This document shows positions 36,901 to 48,864 of a stretch of DNA of 64,000 nt, one piece after another (the stretch's first letter is position 1; each line of letters begins with the position of its first letter). The notes beneath the pieces were generated by a model, which saw only the letters and a program-made list of their open reading frames with translations, was not told the DNA's origin and searched no databases. This DNA is from Chiloscyllium plagiosum (lineage: Eukaryota): positions 69,773,321 through 69,837,320 of the forward strand of contig NC_057711.1 in assembly GCF_004010195.1 (NCBI RefSeq), written 5' to 3'. The translations under genes were made by a program, and so were the position numbers.

Positions 36901-39329
36901 CTTCTGGGACTGTCTACAATCAGAGGGCATAATTACAAAGTAAAGTGTTGCTCAGTTAGGACAGAGGTGAGGAGGGTTTTTTCTTCTCCGACATTTCTTT
37001 CTGAAATTATTTACCGCAGTGTGCAGTACTGGCTGGGTCATTCAGTATATTCAAGGCTGAGGTAGACTGACAGATTTTAAATCAGTAAGGTATCAATGGT
37101 TATGGGGAAAAAGTGGGAAAGTGAAGTTGACAGTTGTCAGATCAGCCATGATCTAATTGAATGGAGGAACAAATGTGATGGACTAAATGGTCTATGTCTT
37201 ACGGTTTAAAGTGTGCATTCAACGTCATTCATGCCTCATTAACAAGGTTATTGTGCAAGTACTTCGGAAAACTCCAATATTGTCATTTATTGTGAGGGGA
37301 AATTGAAGACAAATCTAAGGACAACATGCTTCATTTTCCAGGCCACTAATGTGACACATTTGAAGTACTATGTACAGTATTGCTCTACAAGGTTAAGGAA
37401 GGATATAAATCTATTCGAGAGGTTTCTTGCATGAATACTTGGAATGGATGGATCCTCTGATGAGGAAAGGTTGGACAGACTAAGCTTGTACCCAGTGGAG
37501 TGTAGAAGATTAAGAGGCGACTTGATTGAAACAGATAAAATCCTGAGGGGCCTTGACAAGGTAAATAAAGTCATACAACATAGAAATACACCCGTCAGCC
37601 CAACTCATCTATGCCTACCATGTGGGGAGAATTGTTCCTCATATGAGAGAATTGAGAACTAGTCATCACTGATTATGAATTTTGAGTTACCCAGATGACA
37701 CAAAGGTGAGGAGAAATATTGTCTCTTGAGTGTTGAGTCTTAAGAACTCTCTTTCTGAAAAGCTGGTGGAAGCAGAGTCTCTGAATACTTTTAAGACAAC
37801 AGGTAGATGGATTCTTGTGAAGCGAAGTGCTGAAAGGTTATCAGGGAAATGTGTATTTGAGATTACAATCAGATCAGTCATGACTGTATTGAGTGGGGGA
37901 GCAGGCTAGAGGGGATCGAATGGCCTCTTCCTTCTCCTCATTGATATGTTCATATGTACTAACATCACTTAATTCTACTGCTGTAACTCTGCTCTTGTCT
38001 AAGCTCATTTGCTGCTGAAACCTTCCTTCATGCCTTTTCTTTGATCTAAGTTTGACTATTCCTCATTTCCTCCAGATTCTACCCTACTTAAAACTGATGT
38101 TATTCAAAACTCTGCTATCTATGGCTTATCTCCTATCAGTTCCTGTCCTTATCACTCTTCTGTTCAATGACCTATGTTGGCTGCCCATTGCTTAACATCT
38201 TGTTAGCAAAATTCTCATGGTTGTTTTCAGTTTCCTCTATGACCTTGCTCTTCCACATTTCTGTAATCTCCCAGCCCCACAACCTTCAGATTTCAGCAAA
38301 CTTTAATCAGTCCACTATCGATGGCTGTGCCAACAATTGCCTAGATCTGTTTCAAGAATTAGTATAAGCACAGGCCTAGTAACTACAGGCTGGTCACTTT
38401 AACATCAGTGGTGTAGGTTTTTGAAAGAATCATCAGGAATAGTAAAAGTTAAACATTTGAAGGTTTTAGTTAACTAGGAGCGCTAGCCCAGATTTGTGAA
38501 ACTAGATTGTGTTTGACTCATCTAATTTTTTTAAAGTAACAAAGATGGTTAATAGGAAGCAAAGTGTATAAAAGGATGATTAATAAATTGAGACTCTGTT
38601 AAAACTGGAGCTGGGTTTTGTAGGGTTTTTCTGATCAGAAGACGAAAATGAGGACATGATACTTTGTAATTTGAGACATGACACATTGTTAAATTCCTAC
38701 ATTGGAAAATGAAACAGTTTGTAAAACGAAATACTTTTTTTTTCTTTTATATTTGAAGATTTAACTTGCTTCTTACAGAACTATACCTCCTGCTCGCTGC
38801 TGATCCTGCTTCCTGAAACACCTGCTCTCTGAATCTCTTGATGCAAACCCTTCCCCCTCTCTGGTCTGGCTAGCAGAAGAAAGCTACCCTGCTCTGCCAT
38901 GACTATCATCCTACCTTTCCAAAGCAGGGGGAATAAGGCTAAGGCACTGCTGCTTGTCAAGAAGAGTAGCTCCACCTCACTGAAGGCAGCGGCAGCCAGT
39001 GAAAACGGTCACCCATCCCTTGTGTTGGTGGCTGTTTAAAAAGGATATGATCAGGTAGCAGCTGCAGCATGGTCTGGAACAGATGATGGCTCAAGCAAGC
39101 AATCTGCAGCTTGGTGAGTAAAGGCTCTCTGATGGAGACCTTGGGCAGCAACTCCTTGGATTCCTGTCCCTGGGAAGAGAGACAAAAAGTCCAAGGGATT
39201 CCGGGAAAGAGATGCTAAACGTTGTAACACAGTGAAGGGGACAGCCTCAAATTGGAGCTTGGGAGAGTGGTAGAGGCCACTCCAAAATGGCACCAATCAT
39301 CTGAAATAATGTTAAACCAAAACCTGCAA

Positions 39330-40150
39330 AATTTGGGTACAGAAAGGGCAGATGGAGTTTAATCCTGACAAACGTGAGGTGATGCATTTTGGAGGATCAA
39401 ACTTAGGTGTGAATTATACTGTAAATGACAGAACCCTTAGGAGCATTAACGTACAGATAGATCTGGGCTTTCAGGTCCACAGTTCCCTAAAAGGGCAATA
39501 TAGGTGGCCAAGGTGATTAAGGAGGCATATGGCATGCTTGCCTTCATCGCCCGGGGCATGGAGTAAAAGAGTTTGCAAACCATGTTGCAGCTATATACAA
39601 CCCTTATTAGGTCTCATTTGGAGTATTGTGTGCAGTTTTGCTTGCCGCACTCCCAGAAGGACATGGAAGCTTTGGAGAGAGAGTGCAGATAAGGTTCACC
39701 AGGATGTTGCCTAGTCTCAAGGGCACTGGCTATAAGGAAATATTAAAAAGGGCTAGGATTATTTTCGCTGGAAAGGTGGCAGCCGAGAGCAGACCTGATG
39801 GAGATCTCCAAAATTATTAGAGACATAGATGGGGTGGATAGCCAGAGGCTTTTTCACAGAATGAAGTTTCAATTGCAAAGTGGCAGAGGTTCACGGTGAG
39901 AGGGGAAAGTTTAAGGGAGATGTGCGAGGGATGTCCTCCATGCAGACAGTGGTAGGAACTTATAACTCACTGCCAGAAGAAGTGATGGAAGCAGACACAT
40001 CGGCGACTTTTAAGATGCAGCTGGCTGGTTACCTGAATAGGGAGGGAGTAGAGAGACATGGACCGAATAAGGGCAGAAGATTTGTTTTTTAGACACAGAT
40101 TGGGAGGGCCAAGGGGCCTGTTCCTGTGCTGTACTTCTCTTTTGTTCTTT
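39330..40150 (+). mobile_element. CR1 LINE 3' fragment
   Basis: MEFNPDK.EVMHFG, RVQIRFTRMLP; 3' UTR. Confidence 0.85.
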
Positions 40151-43100
40151 GTTTTGTTCAATGAAATTCCAGATCCTATTAAGTTGCCAATGTAAAAACA
40201 GAGCAACATTAAATTTTAAACAAGGACTGACTTTGGTTATCTTTTAGACTAGAGAATGGTAAACTCTCGTAAGCTATTTCCCAAGATTTAGTGTGAGGAC
40301 CACTTTTTTGACATTCTAACTTGGATATTGGAACACCGAGTATAAAGTTTGGCAGAATAGAGCAAAAGCTAAGAGTGTAGAAATGACGAAATCTTGGGGG
40401 TGGGATCTGAAGTGCAACAATTGTTAAAAGTGCCTGGAGACAGAGAACATGGTTAGCAAGATATATTAGATCTTGAGCTTCATCAGTAGAGGTTTTGAAT
40501 AAAAAAGTAAAGATGTTTTGGTGAACCTTTTATAATGCTCAGGTTTGTGACAGTGGAGTATTGTGTTCACCTCTTGTCCCGACAATTTTAGGAATGATGT
40601 GGGTATCCTTGAAAGGCTGCAGAAGAAATTTACCAGAATGGTTTCAGAGGTTGGGCATTTTAGTTGCAATTTAGTTTGGAGAAGTTGGGATAGTTCTTCG
40701 AGCAGAAAGATAGGGGAAATTTGATAAGAGGTGTACAGAATTATGATAGATTTTGATAAAGTCAACAAAAAATAGCTATATCAAGTGCAAAGACTGAGGG
40801 CCACAAGTTCAAGGTTGTGAACCCAGATGCAAGGTGGATCTGAAGAAGAACTCCGATGTAGTTGCTGGAACTCACTGTCCATGAAATAGTAAAAGAGGAA
40901 CTGATGAATAAATTCAAAATGAAATTGGATGGGCAGTTGAGGAAATAAATGCCCGGCAGTGCTATGGTTGTTAAAACAAGGGAATATTTGAACCCACAAG
41001 CTTTTGACTCCAAGATGAGTGAGCTAAAACCCTGAACTCCAGTCAGCTTTGGACACTTGCAGTAGGTGTCTTAAAATATAAGAAAAGTACCATTATCCAA
41101 ACCTTTGTAAGATTCTCTAAATCTGAAGGCAAGATTGTGGTCCAACTGCAGTGCCCTCTCCCAAGCCAAGATGGCTAATACTAAGGTGTTAATCCTTCAA
41201 AGCCATTTTTTGTTTGGTGAGACAGCTGGTTTGTATGGCTGACTCTCTAGATTCCTGAAACAACGGCTTTATTCAAAATTCTATTGCAGCAGAAGAAAGA
41301 GGAGAACAAATTATTTGAAGTGGGCCAGATTCCATTATTGTGCGCCTATAAGCAAGTGCAAAAGATTGCAGAAGCCAAATTATGCAAGAAGTACTTCGAT
41401 CCTTTGCAATAATTGGGCTGATTCTTGGGTGTATAACACTGCAATTGTGGGAATTTCAGAACCTTTTGACCAAATCAACATTTAGCATTTGGGCTGGTGT
41501 GAATAATTAGTGTTGTGCTCATTTTAGACAGGGTGGTACATCAAGTAAAACATCAAAATTGTATGTCGGTCAGTGCCAATGTTGCTGTAAGCAAATAACC
41601 CTGAAAGAGTTGGGGAAGGGTGAATGTATAAAAGAAAACTGCTTGCAGGTAAATAGAATGGCAATAAAGAACAAATAACAAAAATCAGATACCCAGAGGA
41701 ACAGATTGGGTGTTCAATATTTGTAAAATATGAATCCTGATTCCTGTGACAACGCCTTCCAGATTTAAGGGAAGTGGTACTCTAAGTAGGTAAGAACAAA
41801 TCAATAAAGAAATCCAGGGTGATGGGGGCAGGCAGGCAAGCAAAAGTTGACACCACAACGAGATCGGCTATGATCAGCTTGAATGGCGAAATAGGTTTGA
41901 AGGGCTAAATGGACTCCTGTTACTCCTAGGTCCCACGTTCCTAAGATAGGCAGGCAGTTCACTTAAATATTTTAATTCGATGGCAGTGTCCTAATGTAAT
42001 CTGCTTGCAGGATTTACAGTGCAGTTACTAGCCTCGTTAGTTTTGCCAGGCCTTCGGGATACTGGGCAGATGCAGTGAGGCAAGAACAGCCTCACAGAAA
42101 ACGGTAAGTGGATTCACTTCACAATACTGCTATCAACTAACAGGAGCAGGAGCATCTCCTCTACATCTCTTAGAGAAGAACGTGGGGTTGTAAATTTAAT
42201 CATGTGGCCTGTTCTGAAGGGCCCCTGGAGTATGCGGAACGACAAAACAATTTCTAGATTTCCCGTTGAAAGCTCTGACCTTGCTCTCCTCACTTATGCA
42301 ATCCTCTGCAATAATATCTAAGCCCATGCCTGCAAAGACTTCCTCTTTCCAGTTTTTTTCATTCTGGTTTCCTTCTGCTTATGTGCTAATGTCATGCGTG
42401 ATTATTAACTGGGAACATTCCAAATTGGTTAGTTAACCTCCTAAATCCTGTGGTTGGCTCTGACCTAGCTTTGTTCGGTTCTGTTTCTGCTTGCACTGTG
42501 CAATCAACTTATTGCCTTTGGCGGTGGTTCTGATGCCATTTCAGTGTGCCTAAAGCTTTCTTGAATTCCATCCAGCTATTGTTTAAACATGGTTTCCCAT
42601 AGCATCCTGCAGAAACGTGGGGCCAAATTTCTGTCTGTTTCTACACTTCTGCTCCTGAGCTTTTGTGCCTGCTTGACATTCAGATCTGAAATGTGCCAGA
42701 ATCTTCTAAATGTGTGACATTGTCTAGAATAAAGCCACTGTTGAACTCTCAGCAGTTACTTGGGAACTTGATAACCAATTCTCTCCCCTTCCAGCTGCTT
42801 ACTTGGTCTAAAGTCCCAGTGCACAGGCATATCATCTTTAGTCGTGATCTGAACTTCAAACCTGACAACTGTTCCTTGCCAACAATGTTTGCCTTCACCT
42901 CTAGAGGATTGCATGCTTACAAATGTACTTCACCTACTGTTACTAACACCGTAAATGGGATTTGCAAACTACTCAAAGTGTCATTGGTGCATTTTTTTCA
43001 AGTGTCTTTCTTAATTGATTGATTTTTCTGATGTGTTGAGGCTCTAAGTTCGATTTTCAGAATTCTGCTGACACAAAGCGATTAGGGTAGAATGACTTGT

Positions 43101-46100
43101 GTAAGGAACCGATCATTCCAATATTTACAACACCTATCAGTAATCTTTTCAGGAAACTGTCACAACCTTTTATAATTTCAATTATTTATGATGATATAAA
43201 GTAAGAAATAGCCTGCTCATGCAACCTTTCGTTAAGTTCAATGTAACCAGCTTTAACATTGCCCATTTAACCTATGGTGTGATAATTGCTTTCCAATGTA
43301 GCTTTCCTGTTGGTATTTCTCCGTGTATATATAGCAAGCAAAGTATGGTGCTATTGCAGAGTAATAAATTATCCTAATATCTGTTTCATTATCTGGCAAT
43401 TTGTGAAGCAGTACAGCAGCATGTATTAATGTAATGCCCACTTTTGGTAGCTGTGTGTGTAGATTATACACTTTGTTTGTCCTTTCGGCAGTGATATGGT
43501 TAGTCATATATTCTCCGCATCTGCTTTGGAATCTATTTTTATTTATTCATAAAAAGGTAATGATTTTATGAATTTATTAGGATCTTGGAATAATAGAAAT
43601 AATTTTCTAATCACCTGATGCAGTACATGGATAAGGTGGTGATCTGATTACATTAACATGCTGTTCTTAGAAGTTGCTGGACTTGAGAATGCTTTCAGTT
43701 TTGAAAACAAGGAACAGCACTTTGTACAGCTACGCCCTGCTACAGTCAGTGATACTTCGAAAGTAAGAAACAATGAGACTTGTAAAGAATTTTGATCAAT
43801 GCAACTTTTATTCTCTGGGAATTGTACTACACTTGCAATTTTTTTGTAGCTAGTTTGTTTAGAATATAATAACATGGTTATTAAGAGGACAATGATAACT
43901 TGGCCACAATATCAGCTAAAGGATAGGAGGCAGAAAGTAATGATGATGAATGGGTGCTTTTCTAATTAGAAAGGACCATAGAAACTAGAGTAGGCCATTC
44001 AACTGGTAATATTTTGAGTGGTGTGCAAGAGCAGAGAAAACTGGTGAGTGGGTGGGTGGGGAGGGTGGATGTTCACAAATCCTTGAAATTGTCAAAGCAA
44101 CTCAACAAGACCATTTAAGGAAGCATGTGGAATGTTTGACAGTTTAAGTAGGGACATTAGAAACAAAAACATGGAAGTCATGCTAATCTTTCCAAATCAT
44201 TGGTATAGTCTCAACTAGTGTAATGGATTGTTACAATTCTGAGCAACATATCTTGGGGAAATGTCAAGGCTTTGGGGAGAGTACAGAGAAGATTCATCAG
44301 AATAGTATCGAGGAGGAGAGAATTAGGTAATGTAAAAGTTAAATTGGAGAAGTTGGTTTTATCATCCTTGGAACTGAGAAAGTTAGGAGGAGACCTAATA
44401 GAGGTATTCAAAAGATATGGTGCTTTGACCAGACACCAAACGTGACAGGTTTAAATTAGTTTTCAAAAGAATTGGGGCGGGTTGGGTGGGGGGGCTGGGT
44501 GAGTGCGGTGGAGAGGTGGCTCACATTTTTATTTATAAAGAGTGTTGTTAAGACCTGGTACATTACTGAGAATGGTGTCCCATTCCTTAGCTACTTCTGA
44601 AAGGGCACGCTCTGCTGGAAAACAAGATTTTGATCAGATTTTTTTTTATATTAAATTGGCTTGTATAGTGAATGTTTGTTGTTACAAAGGATTAATTTTG
44701 TTAGGAGTGCAATTGAGCAAGAAAACCAGTCAGTGAAACATGCTTGAACTGCACTAGTTGCAGTGAGACAGAGAACCATAAGACTTTGATTTGATTTGTT
44801 TTGTGCAGGAGTTACATTTGAAGACAAACTTGGGGATTCAGCTCTATTCCAAGTACAATACTGACCTGGTTATTGCACTTCATATCAGACCTGCTTTATA
44901 GTCATTTGCACTGAGAAATGAAAGACTACCTGAACAGAAGGTATTATATTCATTTCTGGTTTCCTTGTTCCGAGTGGAATTTTGTCCAGCAGGTGTCACC
45001 AACCAGGCACATTGCCTCAACCCTTTTTATAATGACCTGGCACAATATACAGTGAAGGCGTAATGTTTATGCAGAGCCAGTATTGTCTATAAAAGCTATT
45101 TTCATCTTTTATGTGAACCTTTCCTTGCATGCTAATTTCTTTTGTCACCATGTTTTAACTTTGAGGAGGCTGGAGAGTATTGTTTAGCGTGTTGGAAGTG
45201 GATAGAATTATGAATGCCACCGGTTACAATGTTTTAGAAATTGGGAATAGGTTTATTAATATACTTGTTTGCTTGCATATTTGTATTGTGGATGTTAACT
45301 TATTTTAACCAAAATGCCACAGAACTTGCAATTGTAATTGGACTAAATCTGAGCCGAAAACTGCTTGTCATTACTAAGTGCCGTAAATTCAAGAACTGGA
45401 TATAGTACTGTTCATTATATGGTCATCAATGTTGTGTAGTAAAATTACAATGTAGAATGATTTTAGTGAATAATAAGCAGAAAATGTCTCAGACTTGTTT
45501 TCTGGCATTCCAGCTCCATCCCCTCTTAAAACAAGAGACAAAGCTCAAAGATGAAGAGGTTTAATATAAAAATCAATGATTACGTTTTGGTTTATGTTGG
45601 GGGGGAGAAAACCATCACAATTAGTTTATAAACCTCCATTAGTGACTTAGTTAGTCTCAAACTGGTCTGCATATATTTTTTAAAATTGCACCTGAAAATG
45701 TTTTATAAAAGGATTTTTAAAAAATCCTACCTGTTATCCCATACATGTGAAAAAAGGATCTGGCCTCCCACTGTGTTGAATGATAGAGAACAGGAACTTT
45801 CAGCCCATTTGCTTATTCACTGATAGAACTGTCCCAGTTGTCACAATCTACTACTATTCTCACATAGTCCTGTAAGCTTTTATTTTACCTCAAGTAGGCA
45901 TACAGTTCCCTCTAGAAGGTTACTAACTTAGCTACTCCCACCACCATCTCAGGCAGTGCATTCCAGATCAAAATGATAATACATGAATTGAGTAATGAAC
46001 AGGACACTATGCTGTTAGGGTTGAATGAAGTAGGGTGTTGGGGGGTTGGGAGGCTCTATGATGTAGGTAGAATTACAACTCTGAGCAATGGAATCCAGTT

Positions 46101-46319
46101 TATGTTTTCCAGTTATAGATTCCTAATATTACTTGAGATGATTTTCCATAATAGATGCTTCCATCTTGGCCATTTAGGGAAGCCTCAGCCAGGTTTTATG
46201 CCTGTCTTGCAACAAATGAGTCTCCTGCCCTTAAAGGAATGAGATCCTGCTTCCAAGAGCCTTCCAGCCATTCAAAAGGTCAGGAATGCTTCAGTCCCCG
46301 CAACACTAGCAGTGTTTCT

Positions 46320-47500
46320 AGTCTCTGATCAGCTCTTGTAGCAACTGTGTTTATACAGCTATTCAGTTTCTGATCAATGGTAATCCCCAGGATGTTGATA
46401 GTGGGCGATTCAGTGATGGTAATGCCATTGAATACTAAGGGACGGTGGTTCGAGATCTCTTACTGGAGATGGTCATTTCCTGGCATTTGTGTGGTGCAAA
46501 TATTACTTGCCATTTTTTCATTCCAAGCTCAGATATTGTGAAGGTCTTGCTGGCATCTGAGGAGTGTGAATGGTGCTGAACATTGTGCAATCATCGGTGC
46601 ACACCCCCACTTCTGATTTCATGATGGAGGGAAGGTCATTGATAAAGCATCAGAAGATGGTTGGGCCTAGGACACTACCCTGAAACTCCTGCAGTGATAT
46701 ACTGGAGCTGAGATAGCTGACCCCCAACAAACCCAACCATTAGCTTCTGTGCGTGATATGACTCTAGCCATTTAGAGAATTTTCCTCTAACGTCTACTGA
46801 TTCCAGTTTTGTTAGGGCACCTTGATGTCACAGGCAAATGGAGCCTTTGATATGAAGGGCTGTTACTGTCTCCTTCCCTCTGGAATTCTGCTCTTCTGTC
46901 CATGTTTGAATCAAGGTCGTAATAAGGTCAGGAGCTGAGTGGCTCTTGCGAAACCCAAACTGCTTGTCACTGAGCAGGTGTTGCTTGATAGCACTGTTGA
47001 TGACACCTTCCATCACTTTGATGATCGAGAGTAGACTGATAAGGTGGTCATTGGCTGGGTTAGATTTGTGCCGCTTTTTGTACACAGGACATACCTGGGT
47101 AATTTTCCACATTGTCGGGTAGGTGCCAATGTTGTAACTTTACTGGAATAGTTTGCCTAGGGGAGCAGCAGGTTCGGGAGCACAAGTCTTCAGTACTAGT
47201 TCTGGAATATTGTCAGAGACCATAGCTTTTTGTTGTAACAAGTACCTCACACATCATTTCTTGCTATTATGTGCAATGAATCAGATTGGCAGAAAACTGG
47301 CTTCTGTCATACTGCGGACCACTGGAGGAGACTGAGATGGATTGTCCACTGGACACTTCTGGCTAAAGATCTCTGTGAATACTTCCCGCCTTATGTTTTG
47401 TACTAACATGCTGGCCCATCATTGAGGATGGGGATATTGGTGGAACCACCTCTTCCAGTGAGTTGTTAATTATCCACCACCATGCATGACTGGATGTAGA
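46320..47500 (-). mobile_element. L2/CR1-clade LINE RT remnant
   Basis: ORF 46828-47112 WKITQVCPVYKK..NPAN..ISLLSII..QFGFRKSHSAPDLIT. Confidence 0.8.
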
Positions 47501-47842
47501 CGAGTCTGTTTGGACATTGACCATTATCAGCAATGCTTATTGACCATTTTCTTCGCTCACCCAAGGTCCATGGTACTATAACCACTTTTCCCTAAGTGTT
47601 CCCCTCACTAAAACTTGGCTAACTTGATCCACCTCATTCCGAGAATCAGATCCAGCTTTGACACCTTCTTTACTGTACCTGAAACTCTTGGACTCTCACA
47701 TTTTCCTGAACATACTTCTGAAATACTGTCCCCCTCTGTGCTTCAGTTAATTATTATTCCAATCTAGAACAGAATAATTTAAGTCTCTCATGATTACTAT
47801 TCTAAAGTATTTGAGTCTGTGGAGTTGCCACTTCCTTTCTGA

Positions 47843-48317
47843 ACGATATTGTGAAACTTGAAAGGATTCAGAAAAGGTTTACAAGGATGTTGCCAGGGTT
47901 GTAGGATCTGAGCTATAGGGAGAGGCTGAACAGGCTGGTGCTGTTCTCCCTGGAGCGGTGGAGGCTGAGGGGTGACCTTACAGAGGCTTATAAAATTCTG
48001 AGGGGCATGGATAGGGTAAATAGGCAAAGTCTTTTCCCTGGGGTCAGGGAGTCCAGAACTAGAGGGCATAGGTTTAGGGTGAGAGGAGCAAGATATAAAA
48101 GAGACCTAAGGGGCAACTTTTTCATGCAGAGGGTGGTACGTGTATGGAATGAGCTGCCAGAGGAAGTGGTAGAAGCTGGTACAATTGCAACATTTAAGAG
48201 GCATTTGGATGGGTATATGAATAGGAAGGGTTTGGAGGGATTTGGGCCGGGTGCTGGCAGGTGGGATTAGGTTGGGTTGCAATGTCTGCTCAGCATGGAC
48301 ACGTTGGACACTATGAC
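47843..48317 (+). mobile_element. HER1/CR1 LINE 3' fragment
   Basis: ORF 47938-48270. Confidence 0.9.
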
Positions 48318-48633
48318 AATGTGCTCCTGTATATATTTCCCACTATGTGGTTGCCTAAGGAATGGAAATGATAGTGTAAGGGTAACTCTGTTATTTCTTG
48401 GTCTAATCAATTATCTGCAGAGTGCTAGGAGGCCCTTCAAAAACAATCAAGAGATCAGCTGTGCTGGTCCGTACCAGCAGTCGAGTCCCAAGCACCTGAA
48501 TGTAGTACCTCAATAATTTTACTGATCTCAAAGACAACGTAAGGGCATATGCTATAATGGCATACCTACTAACTACTCCAATAGCTTCAAACATTTCTCG
48601 ATTCACCACATCTTCATGAGTCACTTCCCAACA

Positions 48634-48864
48634 ATCAGAGCTGAAAATGTGTTACTGGAAAAGCGCAGCAGGTCAGGCAGCATCCAAGGAACATGAGAAT
48701 CGACGTTTCGGGCATAAGCCCTCCTTCAGGAAGGGCTTCCTGAAGAAGGGCTTATGCCCGAAACGTCGATTCTCCTGTTCCTTGGATGCTGCATGACCTG
48801 CTGCGCTTTTCCAGCAACACATTTTCAGCTCTGATCTCCTACATCTGCAGTCCTCACTTTCACC
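48634..48864. mobile_element. Near-perfect 2x100-bp palindromic PLE-terminus module (family A) with 13-bp TSD; hammerhead motif on both strands
   Basis: Arms 48634-48733 / 48736-48835 around a 2-nt centre; TSD TCCCAACAATCAG at 48626-48638 and 48865-48877; + core 48740-48767 intact, - core 48702-48729 reads CTGAAGG. Confidence 0.9.

Noticed and set aside
38765..39120. Exon-like segment with AG and GTGAGT borders
   Set aside because: Stops in all three frames near the start; probably an unclassified repeat
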